Assembly: GCA_963715335.1 (NCBI GenBank)
Contig: CAVQRZ010000005.1
Span: 1-64,000 of the forward strand
From: an uncultured delta proteobacterium
Lineage (GTDB): Bacteria; Desulfobacterota; Desulfuromonadia; Desulfuromonadales; BM103
Length of the DNA: 64,000 bases
Direction: 5' to 3'
Of the stretch, positions 59,002-64,000 are shown piece by piece (the first letter of the stretch is position 1; the number at the start of each line of letters is the position of its first letter). Under the pieces are notes generated by a model that was given only the letters and a program-made list of their open reading frames with translations, made no database searches and had not been told where the DNA came from. Made by a program: the position numbers and the translations under genes.

Positions 59002-61500
59002 CTAATTTTGACCGCCATCGGGAAGATATATCTTGAATTCGGCGCCTTTCCCTTCGCTACTCTTAACCTCGATACGACCACCATGACCGGCAATGATTGT
59101 GTGGGTAATCGAGAGACCCAGCCCGGTTCCCTCCCCCTTTGTCGTATAAAAAGGTTCGAAGATCAATTCGAGACGGTCGGCAGGGACTCCGTGTCCCGTG
59201 TCACGGATTGTCACCCAAGCGCCATCTTCTGTACGTTGGGCAGAAAGCCACAAATCTCCCTCGCCGGGCATCGCTTCAAGGGCATTGGTCAACAGATTTA
59301 AAATGGCCTGTTTGAGGCGGCCACTGTCCATCTGAGGATGCGGCAACTGTTCAGGGACATCGTCATGGAGGCGGACCCCCTGCTTCTGGAACTGCTTGCC
59401 GATCAGGAAAAGCGTATCACGGAGGACTTCCGCGAGGTCGCCGGGAGCAAGTCGAGCATCCGGCGGTGATGCAAAATTCAGCAGTTCATTAACCAGCCCA
59501 TCAAGACGCTCAATCTCCTCCAGTGCTCTTTGGATCAGGCCCTGGTCTTCCGGGTTTGCCAACATGCGGTCGTGCAGTTCGTCGAGCAAAAGACTGATGC
59601 CGGTCAAAGGGTTGCGCACTTCGTGGGCGATCCCGGCAGAGAGTCGGCCAAGCGAAGCGAGTCGCTCGAAGCGCGCCATACGCTTCCTGAAGTTGACGCG
59701 CTCGGTCAAGTCCTCTATCGTCAGGATGTGCCGACCTTCCCCGCCAGATGAGAGCGGGTGGAGGACCAACCTGTAGGTCAGCGAGCGCCCTCCCCTTTCC
59801 AGCGTGACGTATTCACTCCAGCGCCCTACTTCCGGGCTTTTCGATACAGCATCGAGCAGTTCGGGGAAATCGTTGAGGATCTCATTGAGAGGTAAATGGC
59901 CCGATTGTGCCGCATCAACTTGCAGAATCCTGCGTGCAACACCATTTAAAGAAGTCACAAGCTGGCTGCTGTCGAGAGTCAGGATACCTACATCCACGTT
60001 CTCCACGATCGTCTGCTTGAAATCTCTCTCCTGCTTGATTTGCTTGCGCGATCGGCGCAATACGGCAAGCGCCTTGAGCAATCTTTCGCGCCGTTCACCC
60101 AGCTGCCTGGCCATGATGTTGAATGCCGCAGCCAGCTCCGCGACCTCAACCGGGCTGTTAATTTCAACCTGCGTCCCAAGCTTGCCACGAGACATCTCCT
60201 GGGTTCCGGCGATCAGGGTGGACAAGGGGCTGGTGATGTTATGGGAAAGGCGGTACGCAACGTAAACGACCAGCAGAGCGGTCAACCCGATCATCACCCA
60301 GGCACCGGTCAAAAAAGCATTGTAGAGCCTGCGGATATCTATTGAAGCGGCTTCGGCTATTTTGTGAAACTGACCGACCTCTGCGCCAATCGTGATCCCG
60401 CCAAAGACGCCCTTTTCCGCGTAGGAACCAGAGTCATAAAAAATTGGAGCGAAAGCCATGATCTTCTTTGAGCCACCCACATTGGTGACATCAAGCACCC
60501 CCGATTTACCTTCGAGCACCGACTGGTTGACCACCGGGTAGTTCGGATGAATAAAGGCCGCCTCGTGTAAATTGTACGGAATAGTCCCCCTGTCGATGTC
60601 CTCAGGAGAAGATTCTTCAGTATAGGGGGCAACCAGGTGGCCCTGTTTATCCAGACCACGGATATCCCAGAACTTGGGGTGAGTAATGATCCAGCCTTCA
60701 TCATCGAACATGAAAGCGTAGTTGCCGCTCTCGTAAGATGGAAAGACAACAAAGTTCTCTTCTGCGGGGGTGATGTGCTGGGTAAATTCCATCAGGTGGC
60801 GATGATCGAGCGATAACACGACCACGCCCTGCAGCAATCCGTTTTCAGCAAAGACCGGCTGCGCAAAACGGATAACTCCTTCGTATGTGGCCCCCTCGAT
60901 CGCTTCCGCTGGGGTCGCCGCATCAAGGAGCTGTTCCTGTTTACTCACATGCCATCCTGTAACATGTGAGACATAAATCCGGCCTTGCGGCAATTGCCTG
61001 GCTGCGTTGAAATACGTTTCCGTCAGGTAGGTGGTGTTTTGCGGATTTGACACGTCGCGAAGGTCCTCGGCGACGGCCCCTCCAACGATGCGCAATCTCT
61101 CCACACCGTCAGCACCTACGAAGGCAATTTCCTTGTAGAGGCGCATGGATGGCCGTTCTTCGCGCGGCTCTTCATTGGTCCCGGCACGAACCCACACCGG
61201 GCGACGGTGACTCTCACTGAACCAGGTATAAGTAGTCGCATCAACCGGCAATTGTGCAAGGGCAGCGAGATCACTTTCAATCTGACGCAGGAAGGTCCGC
61301 ACCTCGTCCGCGACCATAACCGCCCGCAGTTCGAGGGTGTCAGCGGCCTGTTCGTCAAGGGCACTAATCGCACTGGTACGCAATAGCCGTTCGACGGTGT
61401 CAAGACTCTGGCCGGCAAAAATCGCCAGGAGAATCAGCGGCAAGAGGGTCAATCCGCAGCAAACGTAGAGGACTTTTCGATGGAAGGATAAGCGCAACAT
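59002..61500 (-). CDS. Sensor histidine kinase (large periplasmic Cache-like domain, HAMP, PAS)
   Basis: Two TM flanking a ~360 aa periplasmic region, HAMP, IAHEVRNPL, DTGHG, GTGLGL. Confidence 0.92.
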   Translation of the reverse strand: MLRLSFHRKVLYVCCGLTLLPLILLAIFAGQSLDTVERLLRTSAISALDEQAADTLELRAVMVADEVRTFLRQIESDLAALAQLPVDATTYTWFSESHRRPVWVRAGTNEEPREERPSMRLYKEIAFVGADGVERLRIVGGAVAEDLRDVSNPQNTTYLTETYFNAARQLPQGRIYVSHVTGWHVSKQEQLLDAATPAEAIEGATYEGVIRFAQPVFAENGLLQGVVVLSLDHRHLMEFTQHITPAEENFVVFPSYESGNYAFMFDDEGWIITHPKFWDIRGLDKQGHLVAPYTEESSPEDIDRGTIPYNLHEAAFIHPNYPVVNQSVLEGKSGVLDVTNVGGSKKIMAFAPIFYDSGSYAEKGVFGGITIGAEVGQFHKIAEAASIDIRRLYNAFLTGAWVMIGLTALLVVYVAYRLSHNITSPLSTLIAGTQEMSRGKLGTQVEINSPVEVAELAAAFNIMARQLGERRERLLKALAVLRRSRKQIKQERDFKQTIVENVDVGILTLDSSQLVTSLNGVARRILQVDAAQSGHLPLNEILNDFPELLDAVSKSPEVGRWSEYVTLERGGRSLTYRLVLHPLSSGGEGRHILTIEDLTERVNFRKRMARFERLASLGRLSAGIAHEVRNPLTGISLLLDELHDRMLANPEDQGLIQRALEEIERLDGLVNELLNFASPPDARLAPGDLAEVLRDTLFLIGKQFQKQGVRLHDDVPEQLPHPQMDSGRLKQAILNLLTNALEAMPGEGDLWLSAQRTEDGAWVTIRDTGHGVPADRLELIFEPFYTTKGEGTGLGLSITHTIIAGHGGRIEVKSSEGKGAEFKIYLPDGGQN

Positions 61501-61506
61501 GGCGGC

Positions 61507-61515
61507 AGTATAGCA
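61507..61515 (-). promoter_or_regulatory. Extended -10 promoter directly before the kinase ATG (likely leaderless)
   Basis: TG-C-TATACT, 6 nt to ATG, no SD. Confidence 0.6.
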
Positions 61516-61558
61516 GTTGGCAGAACGAAACGGATAGCCGGATATTGTGGCGGAGAGT

Positions 61559-61795
61559 TTAATTCATCAGGCGCGATGAACGCGGTATCTTTCTTGAGCG
61601 AATTGCAAGCGGCAACAGGTCCTGGTGCCTGACCAAGACCTCCTCAAAGCTGACCCCGTCACTGATAATCACATCCTGCGGGCTGAATACCGTGCGCGCA
61701 AAATGGCTGCCATCCGGACGGCTGAACACTTCAATCAGATATTTCCGCCCCTCGAAATCGCAGGTCAGTTGATGAACCAGTTCAATGTTATCCAT
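61559..61795 (-). CDS. Hypothetical protein (78 aa)
   Basis: Protein-like composition, co-oriented with neighbours; start placed at MDNIELV. Confidence 0.55.
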   Translation of the reverse strand: MDNIELVHQLTCDFEGRKYLIEVFSRPDGSHFARTVFSPQDVIISDGVSFEEVLVRHQDLLPLAIRSRKIPRSSRLMN

Positions 61796-61955
61796 AGCCG
61801 CCCACATCACACGCACAAGTTTGTCATGTATATGGCAGATACAGGAGCAAGCTTCGGGCCAAACGGGAAATGGCTCAATCTTGCCGTTGAAACAAGGAGA
61901 CCTGCCCAAAAAACGTTAAAACGCGGGGGAGTATGCAGGAAAATGACGGAAACAG

Positions 61956-62924
61956 CTAGTGATTGCGGCTGATGATGTAATCCGCAAGCCGGAGCATGGC
62001 CTCTTTGGCCGGGCAATCGGAAAAACCGGAGAGATGCGCTTTGGCCGATTCGATCAGAACCTTTGCCCGTTCGCGGGTGTAGCCGATACCATCGTAGGAG
62101 TGAATCAGGTTGATGACGTACTGCAAGTCCTCATCCGGCAGGACTTCCTGTTCGACGATGGCTGCAATCTTCCGACGTTCCTCGCTTGTACAGTTTTTCA
62201 GGGTGTGTATGAGAGGCAGGGTTACTTTACCTTCCAGCAGGTCATGGCCGCACTCTTTGCCGAACTCTGCCTGGTCGGCGACATAATCCAGCGCATCATC
62301 CATAAACTGGAAAGCGATGCCAAGATCCATCCCATAGGCGGCCAGAGCTTCCTCCTCTGCCGGGGAGCAGTCACCCAGGATTGCGCCACTGCGGCTCGCA
62401 GCGGAAAGCAGGACAGCCGTCTTGTTTCGCACGACTTCAATATAGTGATCTTCGTCAAGCTCGACGTCGCTGGTACTGATTAGCTGCTGCACCTCGCCTT
62501 CGGCCATCTGGGTTGTGGCGTCAGAGAGAGTCCGCAGGACATCAAGATTTCCTTCACGCACCATGATCGAGAAAGACTTGGCAAAGAGGAAATCTCCGAC
62601 CAGGACACTGGCTTCGTTGCCCCAGACTGCGTTCGCGGAATCCTGGCCACGTCGCAAAACCGCGCTATCGACGACATCATCATGCAGCAGGGTCGCCGTA
62701 TGGATAAACTCAACCACGCTGGCCAACCCGATATGCGCGCTGCCCTGATATCCGGACAGTTGCGCACTGAGCAGCAACATCATCGGCCGCACACGCTTGC
62801 CACCACTGGCAAGCACGTATTCACCAACCTTGCGGATCAAAGGCACACGCGAGGTCAGATCCTCGCGAAACTGCTCCTCGACGCGACGAATGTCATCATT
62901 CAGCAATTTAAGGACAAAATCCAT
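61956..62924 (-). CDS. ispB: Octaprenyl/polyprenyl diphosphate synthase
   Basis: GGKRVRP, LLHDDVVD..RRG, FQFMDD, DLLEGKVTLP. Confidence 0.95.
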   Translation of the reverse strand: MDFVLKLLNDDIRRVEEQFREDLTSRVPLIRKVGEYVLASGGKRVRPMMLLLSAQLSGYQGSAHIGLASVVEFIHTATLLHDDVVDSAVLRRGQDSANAVWGNEASVLVGDFLFAKSFSIMVREGNLDVLRTLSDATTQMAEGEVQQLISTSDVELDEDHYIEVVRNKTAVLLSAASRSGAILGDCSPAEEEALAAYGMDLGIAFQFMDDALDYVADQAEFGKECGHDLLEGKVTLPLIHTLKNCTSEERRKIAAIVEQEVLPDEDLQYVINLIHSYDGIGYTRERAKVLIESAKAHLSGFSDCPAKEAMLRLADYIISRNH

Positions 62925-63185
62925 AATTATGGGAATCCGGAGGGAAAATTATCGCCCATCCTAATGAATTCTCGCGAAACATGTCAAAGCTTTTTTACCT
63001 GATCCAGCAAAGGCTGTGAAACCGTTGGTTGCGCTCGGGCCAGTTGGTCCTTCAATGCCATGATTTGACATCTCCGGGCTTCGAGTACCGGCGACAAGGA
63101 ACTGGTTTTGGCCGCCCTCCCTTAATGATTAAATGCATGGCAAACAACATCACGCAAGGCAAAAGCATTATTTTTTGCACGGGTA

Positions 63186-63214
63186 TTGACAAGGGCCTGA
63201 AGCTTACGTATAAA
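63186..63214 (+). promoter_or_regulatory. sigma70 promoter of the cco operon
   Basis: TTGACA-17 bp-TATAAA. Confidence 0.7.
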
Positions 63215-63306
63215 TGTTACCGTTTTTGTCTTGTTTAATTAGCCCTTGACAATCATCTGCCCAAACCTACACATTGGAACAAATTAACATGCATTCAGGA
63301 GGTGCC

Positions 63307-64000
63307 ATGGAGAGCCATAGCTACAATTACGCCATTGTGCGCAGCTTTGTCACGTGGAGCGTGATTTGGGGGCTGGTCGCAGTGCTGGTGGGGGTTATTG
63401 TCTCCTTCCAGATGATCGACCCTGACCTCAACTTTCCGCCTTACCTGACTTTCGGCCGCTTACGCCCGATCCACACCAATGCGGGGATCTATGGCTGGGG
63501 AGTGGGAGTCATTTTCGCGACTTTCTTCTACATAGTCCAGCGGCTCTGCAAGGTGCCTCTCTGGAGTGACAAACTGGCAAAATTCCAGCTCTGGTTTTTC
63601 AATGCGACCATCATTGCCTCGGCTGTCACACTGTTGCTTGGGGTACACCACTTCCAAGGAATACCATGAGATGGAATGGCCGATCGATGTCATGATCATC
63701 ATCCTCTGGGTTGCCTTCGCCATCAACATCATCATGACCATCCTTAAGCGCAAGGACGAGCAGATGTACATCTCGCTCTGGTACATGATGGCGGCTATCA
63801 TCGGCGTAGCCATACTTTTTGTGACCAATTCGGCAGCGGTCCCAGTCTCCTTGTTCAAATCGTACTCGGCCTACGCCGGCACCAACGACGCCAACGTCCA
63901 CTGGTGGTTCGGCCACAATGCCGTGGCCATGGCGTTGACGGCACCGCCTTTGGCGATGTTTTACTACTTTCTGCCAAAATCGACCGGCGTGCCGATCTAC
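63307..64000 (+). CDS. ccoN: cbb3-type cytochrome c oxidase subunit I; partial, with an apparent +1 frameshift in GGGG 63640-63643
   Basis: AGGAGG RBS; FGRLRPIHTN. Removing one G gives GYTTSKEYHEMEWPID..YISLWY..WWFGHNAV..YYFLPK. Confidence 0.93.

Noticed and set aside
63246..63259. Possible FNR box upstream of ccoN (TTGAC-AATC-ATCTG)
   Set aside because: The right half-site deviates from ATCAA; it could equally be a -35 hexamer.
1..64000. tRNA, rRNA or tmRNA genes
   Set aside because: No cloverleaf/T-loop pattern or rRNA-like segment was recognised by eye in the intergenic regions; tRNAscan/Infernal were not run.

Overview
Chromosomal window from a Desulfuromonadales-type deltaproteobacterium. 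The taxon is inferred from Geobacter-like synteny: pilB-pilT-pilC-pilS-pilR-pilA-N/pilA-C-ABC genes, fur-feoB-ideR and frdCAB. Most of it is minus-strand housekeeping: a type IV pilus locus with a short e-pilin-type pilin, aroE, ribF, rnr, an orphan ParM-like actin, an iron-uptake operon, a sigma54 two-component/HtrA/TlpA/CcdA envelope module, frdCAB, rph-rdgB, lpxH, M16 proteases, hypF, ispB and the start of ccoN. Three accessory areas stand out: a small two-gene insert at 31.1-32.0 kb; a decayed IS91-family element at 40.2-41.8 kb with a recognisable oriIS end and an outward promoter; and an AT-richer block at 53.4-57.1 kb. In that block, five unrelated single genes are each separated by co-oriented copies of an unrecognised ~110-130 bp hairpin-rich repeat, giving a gene-cassette-like array with no attC consensus and no adjacent integrase. 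A candidate anti-Shine-Dalgarno sRNA lies beside the array. Several genes (feoB, DHH, copA, Gate protein, ccoN) carry single-base frameshifts that look like sequencing errors. All calls are by eye, without database searches.
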